A stretch of DNA of 64,000 nt, taken from the NCBI RefSeq assembly GCF_038025025.1, contig NW_027117351.1, positions 124,001-188,000 of the forward strand, written 5' to 3'. Position 1 is the first letter of the stretch; each line of letters begins with the position of its first letter. The notes under the pieces were generated by a model. It was not told where the DNA came from. It saw nothing but the letters and a program-made list of their open reading frames with translations, and did no database searches. The position numbers were made by a program, and so were the translations under genes. Below, piece after piece: positions 11,997-23,800 of this stretch. Source of the stretch: Phyllosticta citribraziliensis (taxonomy: Eukaryota).

Positions 11997-13571
11997 CTAC
12001 CTCTTCAACCACCCAGGCACAGCAAACGGCCTTCGCATGCGCTCCTCGTCCTCATCACTCCACACAGCATCATCAGGACTGTCGCCCCATCCATCGCCAA
12101 CCCCATCACTGTCGACACCATCAGCGCCTCTAGCATCCCACTCCTCGTCCTCAATCCTCCCGAGGCCCTTCTGCACCCTCGCTGCCGCTCTCTCCCCATC
12201 ACTGTCTTCTCCCATCACCTCATCATCGTCGTCTTCCTCCTCAGGATACTCATTCCCACGCCAATCCTCCGCATTGCTATCCTCATCGTCGGTGTCGAAC
12301 GCATCCTCGTCATCGGCGTCACCGCCCGCACCGTCGCCGTCCGCGTACGCCTCCCACAGCGGCTCGTCGTCGGCGCGGATGATGAGCAGCCCGACCGACG
12401 GCGGCAGCGGCGCTGCCGGGATGCTGGTCATCGTTGCTGCCGTCGCGGCGGACGAGGCGGCGTGGTGGAGCACCGTGTCGGCTGGTCCGGTCGATAGGAT
12501 GTACGTGTCGTACACGTAGTCGCCGTCGCCGTCGTCGTCGGAGTCTGAGGAGGTGTCGCTCGCGTCGAGGGACGACGGCTTGGCGTCGATGTCCATGGCG
12601 CTTGAGGAGCCGGCGGCGGTAGGTGGGTTGCGCGCGCGGTACCGCGGCGTGGGCTTGGGCTGGAACTTGAGCTTCTGGGGCGTGGTCGACGTCGTTGGCG
12701 TGCCAGGCTGCTGTTGCTGGAAAGAGTTGACGTTGGAGGCACTGGCAGGCTGCTGCTGCTCCGCCGACTCTACTTCGTGGGCAAACCTTTGCATGTCGGC
12801 CAACAGGCCAGGGTCAACGGCATTGGAACTGGCACTGGCATTGCTGGCGGCAACAGTGTTTGCGTTTGGCTGTTGCTGGTGTTGCTGGGCTTCACTGACA
12901 GAAGCAGTAGCAGCGTGCGGCTTGCGAGGCGTGCTCACTGCCGACGACCTGCCCGGCCGCTTCAGCGATGAAGGCTGCTGCTCAGGTCCCACAGGAGCCG
13001 TCTGTCCGTCCTGCTCCCGCGCCCTCCTGGCGACCCACTCGGACACGGCAGCGCTGATTTCATCCGACGACCGCCGCTTCTTGGGCTTGGACTCTACGAG
13101 CGTGGCAACGTTCTTGCGCTTCTTCTTGACGACGCCGCCGGCCGGCCCTGTCGTCGAGCTGGCCGAGCTGGACCCAAGCGAGGCCCTGGCCAGATGGAAC
13201 CGGCGCGTAGCCTGGGGGGTTGGGAGAATCCTGCGGCCGCTGCTGCTGGTGGGACCCAATGTACGCGAGCTCCCGCTGGCGCCGCCGGCTGGCAAGCCAG
13301 GAGAGGCAGCGGCGGCGGCCGGGTCAGTTGGCGCCTCCCCACTGGACGACGAGAGCAGTGACTGCGACTGGGACGCCGTGGTTTCAGAGATGGGCTCCTG
13401 GACGTCCTGGACGCGCCGGAAGATGGCCTGGGCCTGCTGGTCATCATGGTCCTCGGTGTGACGGCGCCTCTTGGAGTCCTCTTGGGTGTGGACGTGCAGC
13501 GTGTCGACAGGCTCGTCCTGGCGCTTGCGTTTGATGCGCACCGTCTGCGGCAGCAGTGGAGGGTGGGACAT
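11997..13571 (-). CDS. IWR1: RNA polymerase II nuclear import factor Iwr1
   Basis: N-terminal PQTVRIKRKRQDEPVDTL, plus Iwr1-domain motifs DYVYDTY and DEDSNAEDWRGNEYPEEE; 524-aa ORF. Confidence 0.9.
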   Translation of the reverse strand: MSHPPLLPQTVRIKRKRQDEPVDTLHVHTQEDSKRRRHTEDHDDQQAQAIFRRVQDVQEPISETTASQSQSLLSSSSGEAPTDPAAAAASPGLPAGGASGSSRTLGPTSSSGRRILPTPQATRRFHLARASLGSSSASSTTGPAGGVVKKKRKNVATLVESKPKKRRSSDEISAAVSEWVARRAREQDGQTAPVGPEQQPSSLKRPGRSSAVSTPRKPHAATASVSEAQQHQQQPNANTVAASNASASSNAVDPGLLADMQRFAHEVESAEQQQPASASNVNSFQQQQPGTPTTSTTPQKLKFQPKPTPRYRARNPPTAAGSSSAMDIDAKPSSLDASDTSSDSDDDGDGDYVYDTYILSTGPADTVLHHAASSAATAATMTSIPAAPLPPSVGLLIIRADDEPLWEAYADGDGAGGDADDEDAFDTDDEDSNAEDWRGNEYPEEEDDDDEVMGEDSDGERAAARVQKGLGRIEDEEWDARGADGVDSDGVGDGWGDSPDDAVWSDEDEERMRRPFAVPGWLKR

Positions 13572-13810
13572 GTCTAGGCCTGGACACGCCGGCGGCCCTT
13601 CCCCCTTGGTGAGTTGCAGCTCGGCTCCCTCTCGTAAGTGCTACTCCTTCGGACGCGCAATGCGTTGGGCAGGTGGTACGTGTCCCCGGGCGTGGGTACA
13701 GCAGCAAGCAGGCAGTCGCAAGGCTGCTCAAGCCGACTGGAGGCAGGCAGGGTGATCTGCAAAAGACCAGTCAGGAGACGGCAAGGCAATCACGCAGAGA
13801 AGGAGTGAGG

Positions 13811-13835
13811 CTGGCCTGGCCTGGCCTGGCCTGGC
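13811..13835. repeat. (CTGGC)5 microsatellite upstream of IWR1
   Basis: ctggcctggcctggcctggcctggc read directly from the sequence. Confidence 0.85.
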
Positions 13836-15567
13836 GCTGGAGATTGCGCAAAGCAGATAAGGGAGGTCAAAGCGAAAGGGATGCAGCCGTCTGTCGGGTA
13901 GAAGGGAAAGAGACTTGAACTGCATACAAGGGGCTTTGCACCACTTGGCGGGAAAATGGGAGGGAGTAGAAAATGACGAGAAAAAGCAGACTAGGGGCCC
14001 CAACGTGGAGCAAGGTGGAGAGAAGGTCTGGTCAGGGTCCATGACACATGGTGGCCCAAAGGAGAAGGGCTGAACTAGGGCATATAGTGAAGTGAAGAGA
14101 GGCGCGGGAAAAGCTTTTTGACGGTGGTACCGAGGCAGCCGGCCGCGGCCACAAGGGGAAAATTGGACCAACCTTGATCTGCACGGATTAAGCAGCTCGC
14201 GTGGAGGCCGTTGCGAATGAACGAGTCAGCGAGCCGGGGATGGTGGAGAGCGATTTGGGGGAGCACGCTGTTTGGTGGCGAGGTGGGAAAGCGACGACGT
14301 CGGAGACACCGGCGGAGGAGCCGACGGGGGGCGGGGCGCGCGGCGGAGAAGGCTTGGCCGGCGGAGGACGGTCCGCGCCGGAGGAATTCAGGGTCCAACG
14401 ACTAAAACAACGACAACAACCAACAATCCAACCAACACAACAACGACAGATGCTCACCGCATCTTCTCCCAGACCCGTCACGGCATCCCATCTCTCTCGC
14501 CGAGGACGGTCCCGGCCCAGAAGGTGCGGCTCGTCCGTATTTGGCGTCGGCCATGGGCAATGACGTCGCTGCGCCGCGGAGGCGGTCGTCATGTCCGACC
14601 CGTGCATGCACCTTGCAATCAAGGCAGCGCCAACACGGAACACCACCTCGTGTGCATCGTGATTTCTCCCATCATCAGTGATCCATTCTCTCCCAGGTCG
14701 CCGGCCTCCATCGTGATTCCTCCGTTCATCACTGATCGCGCTCGTATCGTCCAGGCCCCAGAAACGCATCCACGGCCGCACACAACACAATATTGCCCCA
14801 TGCATCCATCGCACCATGATCCGCTACGCGAGCGGCGCACGCTGTCGTCATTCACGTCCCACGCACCCCCATGCCGTACGTCATCCCGAGGACCCCTAAA
14901 ATAAAACAGAAAAACAATGCAAAGGCTCGCAGCGTTCTAGACCGACCCCGACCAACGCTCATGACGTAGCCCGATCAGCAAAACAACAATTCTAGACGGC
15001 GTCGAATTTTGACACTCGTGTGTTGGCCCTTGCCATCCTAGATCCAAGCCAATGTCGCGTCGAACCACCGCCGGACCGTGTGCGCGACCATCGTCGACTG
15101 CTGGGGGGTTTGGCGTTGTCCCGTCCATTTCCGTCGTGTCCACCTCGACCTCCTCTGATCATTTTTCCATGGCCACTCCCTTGCAAATTCAAGTGTTCAG
15201 TCTCCACTCATTCTTGCCAACAGAAGGCGCAAAGTGGATTGTTCCAGTCCATCCCTATTCCATTCTCGACAAAGAAATGGGGCAACGGAGATTTGATGCT
15301 CGAAATCGTTGACCATTGTCCAGTCCATCTCTATTCTCTTGTCGACAAGAGGCGCAGAATGGATTGTTCTCCGAACCATCACCTCGTTAGCCACACCATG
15401 TTGAGCCCAACCCAAGTCTCCAGACTCCAAATGTCAATGATCCAGAAAACACCTGTGCCACATCTTCAACACTCTAGCAGACCATTCTAGGAACGCCATG
15501 CGAATGCCCCCTCAGCCAACGACTCCAACTTGACCTTTTCTTCCATCCACTGACAAACACCTCTCAT

Positions 15568-16958
15568 CTACAACAGCAACGCCGCAACCGCAAAACTCGA
15601 CAAGCTGCCCGCCGCCAGACCAGCAACCAGACACAGCCCCATAAACGCGCCCGCCGCCTCTCGTTCGTTCACATCGACCCACTCCGGCGCCCCAATCATA
15701 CAAGTACTGCCAATGAAGCCGTTGGTGACGCCAAAGCCCATCTGCACAACGACGAGGTAGAAGAAGTCGCTCTTGACGGCGGCCCCCGCGCCCCCGACAT
15801 TGCACAGCAGGTACAACGGTACGAAGACGATGCGTGCGACCGAAAGACCAAAAACGGCGCGCGGCTTGGACGTTAGCGACAGCGCTGGCACGGCGGGCAG
15901 GATGCGCCCCAGCAGGTCGCCAATGTTCCAGAACAAAAAGGCGAGCGGGATGAACGACGCCGGCTGCAGCAGTCGCGGCGCCGACTCTGTCGGCCGCACG
16001 CTGCGGATTTCTTGCGTAAATACCGGGAATACCATGGTGACGGCAAAGTCGAGAAAGACGGCGGCGGCCAGCCAGAAGAGCTTGCGGAAGAGGGTCAGCA
16101 GCGGAACCGTCTCTCGAAGCGACGCCGTCGACCTTAAGTCTTCAATGCTTTCGGCCATGCGGCTAGCTCGCCGTTGGCGCGACACCAGGTAGGAGAAGGC
16201 GACAAAGGTGATGGCCGAGACAAAGGTGGCCGTCATGAAGTAGGCAAAGGCCGACTTGCCCGATTCGCGCTCCACGTCGCCTTCGTTGACGCCAGGACCG
16301 TTTGGGATGGACAGGACCGAGATGATTTGCGCGGCTGGGGGCAGCACGCCCGCGACGCCTTGGCCCGCCATGATGGCCTGCGTGTACTCCTCGCGGCCAA
16401 ACCCCGAGACGTAGGCAAAGATGCCGTTACCGCAGAGCGAGCTCGCGAACGACGCCGCCGTGACCATGATGACCATGAACGCAAAGTACCCCTTGGCCGA
16501 GATGTCGAGAAAGTGCCGCGTGGAAATGGCCAGCAGAGTAAACGTGACTACATTGATGACCAGCGCGGCGCCGATGCGTTTGGGATACGACGCCTTGGCC
16601 TGCATTTTGGCCAGCAGCAGCATCGAGCCCAGGTTGACGACGGTCGAGACGGACAGCTGCGTCGACTGAAAGGTGTGCAATATCTTCTCGTTCGACTTGA
16701 AGCGGCCCTGAAAGTACGGCCCGGCAGCCAAAAACATGTTCCTACCAGCTTCAGATCCTGCTGCAATTCGCGGTGAAGGGAGTCTTACCATGCCCACAGC
16801 ATTGCCACCCCCAGGAGCAGGAATATCGAGTACTCCAGCCATGTAAACGACTTCTTCTCGTCATCCTCCGGCCGTTCTCCATCCTGGGCGACGGAGCCGC
16901 CCTCCAGCGGCTCGTACGCCTGCTCTTCCTGTCCGAACAACTTGCGCATGCGATCCAT
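15568..16958 (-). CDS. FUN26: Equilibrative nucleoside transporter (ENT/SLC29, Fun26-like)
   Basis: Exon 1 MDRMRKLFG...YSIFLLLGVAMLWAW joins through a GT-AG intron (16742-16788) to NMFLAAGPYF. ENT motifs GQGVAGV, TMVFP, WNIGDLLGR and GVTNGFIGS are present, with many TM helices. Confidence 0.9.
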
Positions 16959-17719
16959 CGTGGGGTGGTAGATGTGGGGCGGGGAGCGGTCGGTGAACGT
17001 CACCAGCGGCGAACAGCGGTTTGGTGGAGGTAGCGGTTACCTCCAGGTTGGTCGGAGCATAGGTGCGCAGGAGATGGGTGTCTTCAGCCAGGGCGCGTCG
17101 GCATTGCGGGAGGGCTGGCGTTGCTCGTGTGATGGAGTGTTGAGGTCACGATGGGCGGCTTGAGGGTCCCACGGCGCCTGGCCGGAGATAAGGCACGGGC
17201 CAATCAGCGAGCGGCAGTGTCATCACTACTCCTGTCTTCCAACGTCAGTTTATTATGTAGTAGTGAGCAACTTGGCTTTACATGTGAATGCTCTGTTCAT
17301 TCTCTACCTCACCATTCAATAGTTTTATAAAGGAGAAGAGTGCCTCATACTACTCGACTGGGCCTTGACTTTATTTCTTTTATAGTCTAAAGAGTGTTTT
17401 TTGAAAAGGGTAGGTTTAAAGTACACACTCCTTAGCCTTCTTTTTCTTGTTTCTCGCCTTCATAATTCTCTCCTCCGCTAACTTTTCCATTCCCATTGTT
17501 TGCGTCCGCCAACCAATCTACCTACCGAGCGAGGATGCAGTAAAAAGTGGAATAGAGATGTTGGCAGGGGATGTAATCATGTATAGACGTGAAGTAAAAT
17601 GATTTCCCCGAGGATTGATTGCGTCTTTATAACTTTTGTTGAGCCTTCTATGTCGAAACCAATTTGAACCACCTGAAACCCCCATCCCTCGTGTGTTTAT
17701 GAAACTTCGCCGACCCTTC

Positions 17720-18715
17720 TCAGTGCTTCGGGCCGTTGACGTTCTTGACGCCCTGGCCCAGCTGGCTCGCCACGACCGTAGCTTCCCGAATGGCCCTGGC
17801 GACGTGACCCCTGACTGCGCCCTCCTCCAAAGTCATCAAGCCGCCAATGGTGCAGCCGCCGGGAGTCGACACCTGATCGCGCAGGACGGCCGGGTGCTTG
17901 TTCTCCTCGAGCACCAAGCCCGTCGTGCCCCTCATGGTCTGGGCAGCCATGAGCTGGGCCTCCTTGCGGGGGATGCCCATGGCGACGGCGCCGTCGGCCA
18001 TGGCTTCGAGAACCAGCGCGACAAACGCCGGGCCGGAGCCGCACAGGGCGGTCGACGCGTCCATCAGGTGCGGCGGCAGCAGCACGACGCGGCCGATGCG
18101 GTTGAAGATCCACGTGACGAGGGCCGTCTGGTCGTCGGACAGCGGCGGCGTGGGCTGCGAGATGACGGTCATGGACTGGCGGACCAGCGACGCCGTGTTG
18201 GGCATGACGCGGACGACGCGGCAGGCGGTGCCGTCTTGCGGGATGCCGTCCGGGTAGATGGCCTTTTCAATCTGCTCGACGCTGACGCCCGCCAGGATGG
18301 ACATGATGAGCTTGCCGGCCAGCGCCTCGCGCATGCCCGCCTCGGACAGGATGTCGTGGAAGATGTGCGGCTTGCACGCCAGCAGGAGAATGTCGGCTTT
18401 TTTGGCGCCCGACAGGTTGTCTTTGACGAAGACTTCCAACGGCCGGTTGTACTTGCCCAGTGCGGATTGGATGGCGGCGGGTGCGCCTTCCCATGCATCG
18501 CAAGCTACAAAGTTGGTCGGCAGGCGATTGGGGACAACCTCATCCGAGCTGGTGGAGGGAGCAGTTGGGTTGCTAATGGCCCCCATGATGCCGCCGAGAA
18601 TGGCATTTCCCATGGTTCCTGTTTGTGTTGTCAATTGAGAGTTGTAAAAAATTAACCGAAACATACCGCATCCCAGAACGGTGAGGGTGAGACCAGTGTC
18701 ACTGTCGGTAGACAT
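17720..18715 (-). CDS. PRO3: Pyrroline-5-carboxylate reductase
   Basis: Rossmann motif VLGCG|TMG across a 48-nt in-frame intron (18619-18666); also LLACKP, VRVMPNT, ALCGSGPAF and VSTPGGCTIGGL. Confidence 0.96.
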   Translation of the reverse strand: MSTDSDTGLTLTVLGCGMFRLIFYNSQLTTQTGTMGNAILGGIMGAISNPTAPSTSSDEVVPNRLPTNFVACDAWEGAPAAIQSALGKYNRPLEVFVKDNLSGAKKADILLLACKPHIFHDILSEAGMREALAGKLIMSILAGVSVEQIEKAIYPDGIPQDGTACRVVRVMPNTASLVRQSMTVISQPTPPLSDDQTALVTWIFNRIGRVVLLPPHLMDASTALCGSGPAFVALVLEAMADGAVAMGIPRKEAQLMAAQTMRGTTGLVLEENKHPAVLRDQVSTPGGCTIGGLMTLEEGAVRGHVARAIREATVVASQLGQGVKNVNGPKH

Positions 18716-18940
18716 GCTGGCGATTGGATTGTTTTGTTTGGTGGAAGTCCGGGAAATGGGGGAGGAAAAGTATGCCGGCACTTCGATAGCAAGACGAGTT
18801 GATGTTGACGTTAGGGCGAGTCATAAAGCGTGGGGTTTTGGGGCCGACGCCAACCGGACCGCGACTCGCGTCAGCCAGCCGCATCACCGTCGACGAAGCT
18901 TCGTCCTCCGCCTTCTCGCCGCAACCACTTCCTCTTCGCA
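18716..18940. promoter_or_regulatory. Short divergent intergenic region between PRO3 and CTK3
   Basis: Head-to-head start codons 225 nt apart; a shared promoter is inferred from geometry only. Confidence 0.5.
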
Positions 18941-19735
18941 ATGGCGGACCCCTTTGAAGTGCGCATGCGCTTCACCAGCCAGCTGCAGCATCTCAATGCC
19001 TCGGTCACCTCGGCGCAAAAGGCGGCAAACTATGCGCTCAAGTATCGCGACATGGACGAAGATCTGCACTCGTGCATTTTGGAGCAGTTGGAACGGGTGA
19101 GCTCTTTCTTCGTGTGAAGTCCCGCCTGCTGACGGACTAGAATAACATGAACAACCGGGCAAACATCATGTACTTCATCGAGCACCTTTGCGACCTGGCA
19201 ATCCGCGAAAACCACCCCGAATTCGTCCGCATGATGCAGCGCGACATGGTGCGAGTCGTGGATGCGGTGGCTCCGAGCGACGGATCTGGGGCAGCAAATG
19301 TCAAGGTCGTCCGCAGGGTATGTCTCTTTCGCAGAGGTAATGATCGAAGCTAATGGACAGGTGCTTGCTGGGTTGGCGCAAAAGCAGGTCCTCGTCCCGC
19401 AGACCGTCTCCGAGCTCGAAGAAAGCCTCAAGGAACGCGACACCTCTGGCGCCCACGCCACCCTCTCCCCTTCGAACGGCGCACCTGGCAGCGGAAGACA
19501 TACACCTCGCGGAAATGGTGCCATACGGTTAGACAAGAGGCAAATCGAACAGAGAATCGAAGAAGACAGAGAAAGACACAAGAGACTGAGAGAAGTCATT
19601 TGGCAGGTGGATGCAGAGAATGACGGCGAGTTTGAAAAGCTGTGGGAGGAAAGCAGTGACATTGGGGAAGATGACTTTACAGCAGCCGAGGAGGATGCGG
19701 CAGAGAGGAGGCAGGCCATCGAACTGGAGTCTTGA
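18941..19735 (+). CDS. CTK3: CTD kinase I gamma subunit
   Basis: MADPFEVRMRFTSQLQHLNAS...DEDLHSCILEQLER-NNMNNRANIMYFIE...QRIEEDRERHKRLRE. Introns at 19097-19140 and 19318-19360. Confidence 0.93.
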
Positions 19736-20024
19736 TGCGGCAGAGGAGGCAGGCCCGGATTCTTGAAGAGCTGGGGTGGATCTTTTGAAATCATGGCAAG
19801 GCGTACTGGCGTCACGTTTGACGGAAAATGCATGGCAGCGGCGTTCAGAGCGTGGGATCGCTCAGGTGGATTTGGATTTGAGAAATTCTAGCCAGGGCCC
19901 AAGATACCCACCGGCTATTGACCGTATTTGTACACTAGTCAGGCCGTCTATTGAACAGCCAAAACACCTCGACCGCGCCTTTGCCTGTCCTCTGCGCCGA
20001 GCCGTCTTTCATGACCGAGATCCC

Positions 20025-20617
20025 TTACTCCATGACAACCACCGCGCCCAAAGCCTTCATGGTCTCGATAATCTTCTCACACTCGTCCTTGGGCACGTTC
20101 TCCTTCATTTGCTTGGGCGCGCTCTCGACAAACTTCTTCGAGTCGACCAAGCTCAGGCCCAGCATGCTCTTGACTTCCTTGATGACCTTGGGCTTCGCGC
20201 CGGCGTCGAAGCTCTGGAGCTTCAATGTGAATAGCGTCTTTTCTTGCGCTGCTGGAGCAGCCTCCTCCTCCTCGGCAGCGGCCTCTGCTGGTGCGGCGGC
20301 GGGAGCAGCGGCAAAGCCGCCAACGGGCATGTCGGGAATGTTCAGGCGGGTCTAGACAGCAGGCGTGAGCGGTGGTACCAATTGAGGCTTCGACCGAATA
20401 CCTTCAGGGTAGAGACGAGGTCTGCCGTCTCCAACAGGGTCAATTGGCTAATCTGGTCGACAATGTTGGCGATCTTTGGGTTGGCGGGTGCGGCGGCGGG
20501 CTCTGTCGACTGCCATCTCCGAGTGACGCGGGCGACGCTGGAGGTGGAGGCGCGGACGGACGAGACTCGAGCGGAGCGGGCGCAGGCGCGCAGGGCAGAC
20601 TGGCAGGCGAGAGACAT
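20025..20617 (-). CDS. MNP1: Mitochondrial ribosomal protein bL12m (L7/L12)
   Basis: Arg/Ser-rich presequence, IVDQISQLTLLETADLVSTLK, Ala-rich hinge and KPKVIKEVKSMLGLSLVDSKKFVESAP. Intron at 20352-20401. Confidence 0.94.
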
Positions 20618-20805
20618 GATGGGGTGGGTTGGAGTGGGTTACTGACGCGGTAGTGGTGGTCAACTCCCGCGGCCTTCAAAATCTCAAGGCCAGCGCCGCC
20701 TAATCGGGTCTAGCGTCCTCTAACATCTTTGGAAATTTCCGTCGCCCACGACTGCTCCAAAACAAACCTGTCGCCCACGACTTTTGCTCCTCCACTCGAG
20801 CGGCC
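20618..20805. promoter_or_regulatory. Divergent promoter region MNP1/MDN1 with duplicated 13-bp element
   Basis: 188-nt head-to-head gap; GTCGCCCACGACT occurs at 20741-20753 and 20770-20782. Confidence 0.55.
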
Positions 20806-23800
20806 ATGATGGAGTGTGCCTGGGGTCTTTCTGCGCTTCATGCGCTTCGCAATCTCCCAGAGGAGCTGAGATATTTGCTCCGGAACACCTCCAACCGGGA
20901 ATTCATCGCGGACCTTGCTCGAGTCTCTCTGGACCCACGATACACCGACTACCTCTTCACGCTATTCGAGCCCCTCTTCGTCGAAGTGCGCGGCGTCTGG
21001 ACCGCACAATACCCGCCGGCCCAGGTCATTCCCGCCTACGCAAGAATATTGCCGTTTGCGCCACACCTGTCCGACCACGCCGAAGCTGTGTGCAACGGCG
21101 TTGGGGATGCACTGGCATGCGGCGACATCTCCCTCCTCCTTGGACTATTTAGACTTCTCATTTGCGACACGGAAACCTTTGCCAAAACGATACCACCTCT
21201 CTCTCTCCATCCACTTCTCGTACACCCAAACCTTCCGATCCGATACCTTGCCGTCCGATGTCTTTGTTTATGCCTGAGAGCCGCAGACGCGGCGATGGAG
21301 GACATGATTTCAAAATACGTGGGAAAAGAGGCCGTTCTTGGTGAATGGGAGGGAAAGAACATAGACTACCGCTTTCTTGGTCTGTGGGAAGAGAGAAGGC
21401 ACAAGGATCTGTCCAAGGCATTGGAAAGCGCACAGGAAGAAAGAACAGACTACGAGCCTACTGGCATCAGTCGCGTCATTACTGGCAAGGACCTCGGACC
21501 TCACACTGCTGAAATCCACGGGGTTCTCCTGCCGCGCTCCAACGGTGCTTCCTCGCCTGGGAATGAGCTTGTACCAACCACCACGACCATTCAAAACCTC
21601 ACTTCAGTAGCCCGACAACTGATACGACCCGGACCTCTGCTCATGACGGGTCTCGCAGGATCTGGAAAAACCTTGATTGTCCGCCATCTCGCTCGGGAGC
21701 TCAACAAGCTGGAAACCATGGTCACTCTCCACCTGAACGAGCAGAGCGATGCCAAACTTCTCATTGGCATGTACACCACTGGCACGACCCCCGGCACTTT
21801 CAGCTGGCGCCCCGGTGTACTCACCACAGCTGTCAGGGAAGGGCGCTGGGTCCTGATAGAAGACTTGGACCGCGCCCCGAACGAGGTCATCAGCACACTT
21901 CTACCGCTGATCGAGTCTGGCGAGCTGCTCATTCCAAGCAGGGGCGAGGTCGTTCGAGCAGCAAGAGGATTCAAGATCATTGCAACTCTGCGGACGACAC
22001 TAAACTTGCGAGGCGAGGAAATCGTGCCTGGCGGTAGCATGCTGGGCAGTCGTTTCTGGAAGAGAGTTCCCGTCCAAATGCTGCCGGAAGAGGACCTCGG
22101 CCAAATCATTCGCCAAGGATACTCTCGCGTACCCAACGCCCTGGTGCCCCAGATCATGAGCGTCTACTCGAGCCTCCGCAAATTGTCCAAAGAAAAGTCC
22201 GTCGCCGCAAGCAAGTCGGGAATCATACGGCCTGTGACCTCACGCGACTTGTTCAAATGGTGCAGTCGGATCGACGCCCGAAATCTCGACAATGTATTTT
22301 TGGAAGCGGTCGATTGTCTCGCTGGCAGCCTGGAACAAGGTGCCGTAAGAGACTTGATCGTTGCTTGCATAGCACGGGAACTGCACGTTGACCCGCAAAA
22401 GAGGGATCACCTCCTCTCTCAACGCCCAATCGCCTACAAACCCTCGGCGGATGACCAAAACAGCCAAGTAACCATTGGACGCATCTCATTGCGACGCAGC
22501 CAGCGAAAGAAGCGCAGAAACGCCAGGCCTTTTGCTGCCAACGAGCATACTCGGCGTCTGCTGGAGAAGATTGCCGTCGCTGTTGGTCACGAGGAGCCGC
22601 TTCTCTTGGTCGGTGAGACGGGTACGGGAAAGACGACGGCAATCCAGCATCTTGCGGGAGAGCTTGGCCGAAAGCTCGAGGTCTTCAACTTGTCGCAGCA
22701 GAGCGAGAGTGGTGATCTCCTCGGTGGCTTCAAACCGGTCAACACTCGCAGTCTCATGGTCCCGATGAAGGATCGATTTGATGACCTGTTCCTCTCGACT
22801 TTTTCCCAGGAAAAGAATCGTCTTTTCCTCGACCAACTCAACGAGCACATGTCCAAGGGAAGGTGGAAGGTCGTCTGCAAGTTCTGGCAGCAAGCTCTCA
22901 AGATGGTCGAAGCAGCTTCTCCAAAGGAGGCCCCAACGATGGATCTCGACCAACCGAAGAAGAAGAAACGCAGAGTCGAATCCTTCAACCGCACCGAATG
23001 GGACAGTTTCGCCAACGACCTGAAGCTACTGGAATCGCAGGTGGCCAACAAGTCGAACGCTTTCGCTTTCAAATTCATGGAGGGCAACATCGTCAAGGCT
23101 GTACGGAATGGAGATTGGGTGCTACTCGATGAAATAAACCTGGCAGCACCAGACACGCTCGAGGCTTTGGCGGACCTTCTCACTGGAGGTTCTGGCGGCA
23201 AACCCTTCATCTTGCTCACAGAGACCGGCAATGTTGAGCGCATCGAAGCTCACCCAGACTTTCGCGTCTTCGCTGCCATGAATCCTGCGACGGACGTCGG
23301 AAAGAAAGACTTGCCCATGGGAATTCGTTCTCGCTTCACTGAACTCTACGTGGAGAGCCCCGACCGCGACTTGAAGAGTCTTCAGAGTGTCGTGGAGACC
23401 TACCTCGACCAATACCTCCACAATGACAGGAAGATCTCGACCGACGTGGCCAATCTGTACCTTTCCATTCAAACTTTAAACAGCGAGAACAAGCTGGTCG
23501 ATAGCGCCAACCAAAAACCCCACTTCAGCTTGCGTACGCTTACGAGAACCCTCATTTACGCACTCGACACGGCGCCGTTGCATTCCTTGCGAAGAGCCTT
23601 GTACGAAGGATTTTGCATGAGCTTTTTGACCTTCTTAGACAAGTCTTCCGAAGACTTGGTCGCTGATGCAGTGGTCAAGCACTTGAAGCCTGAGCTTCGA
23701 TCGCCTCTGCGGAAACCAGCCGACAAGGACCGAGATTACGTTCAGATCCGCCGGGACGACGGTAGGAATGCCCAAGACCTGCGCAAAAAGGGAATCAGCA

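Noticed and set aside
17636..18655. 339-aa plus-strand ORF
   Set aside because: Antisense shadow of PRO3.
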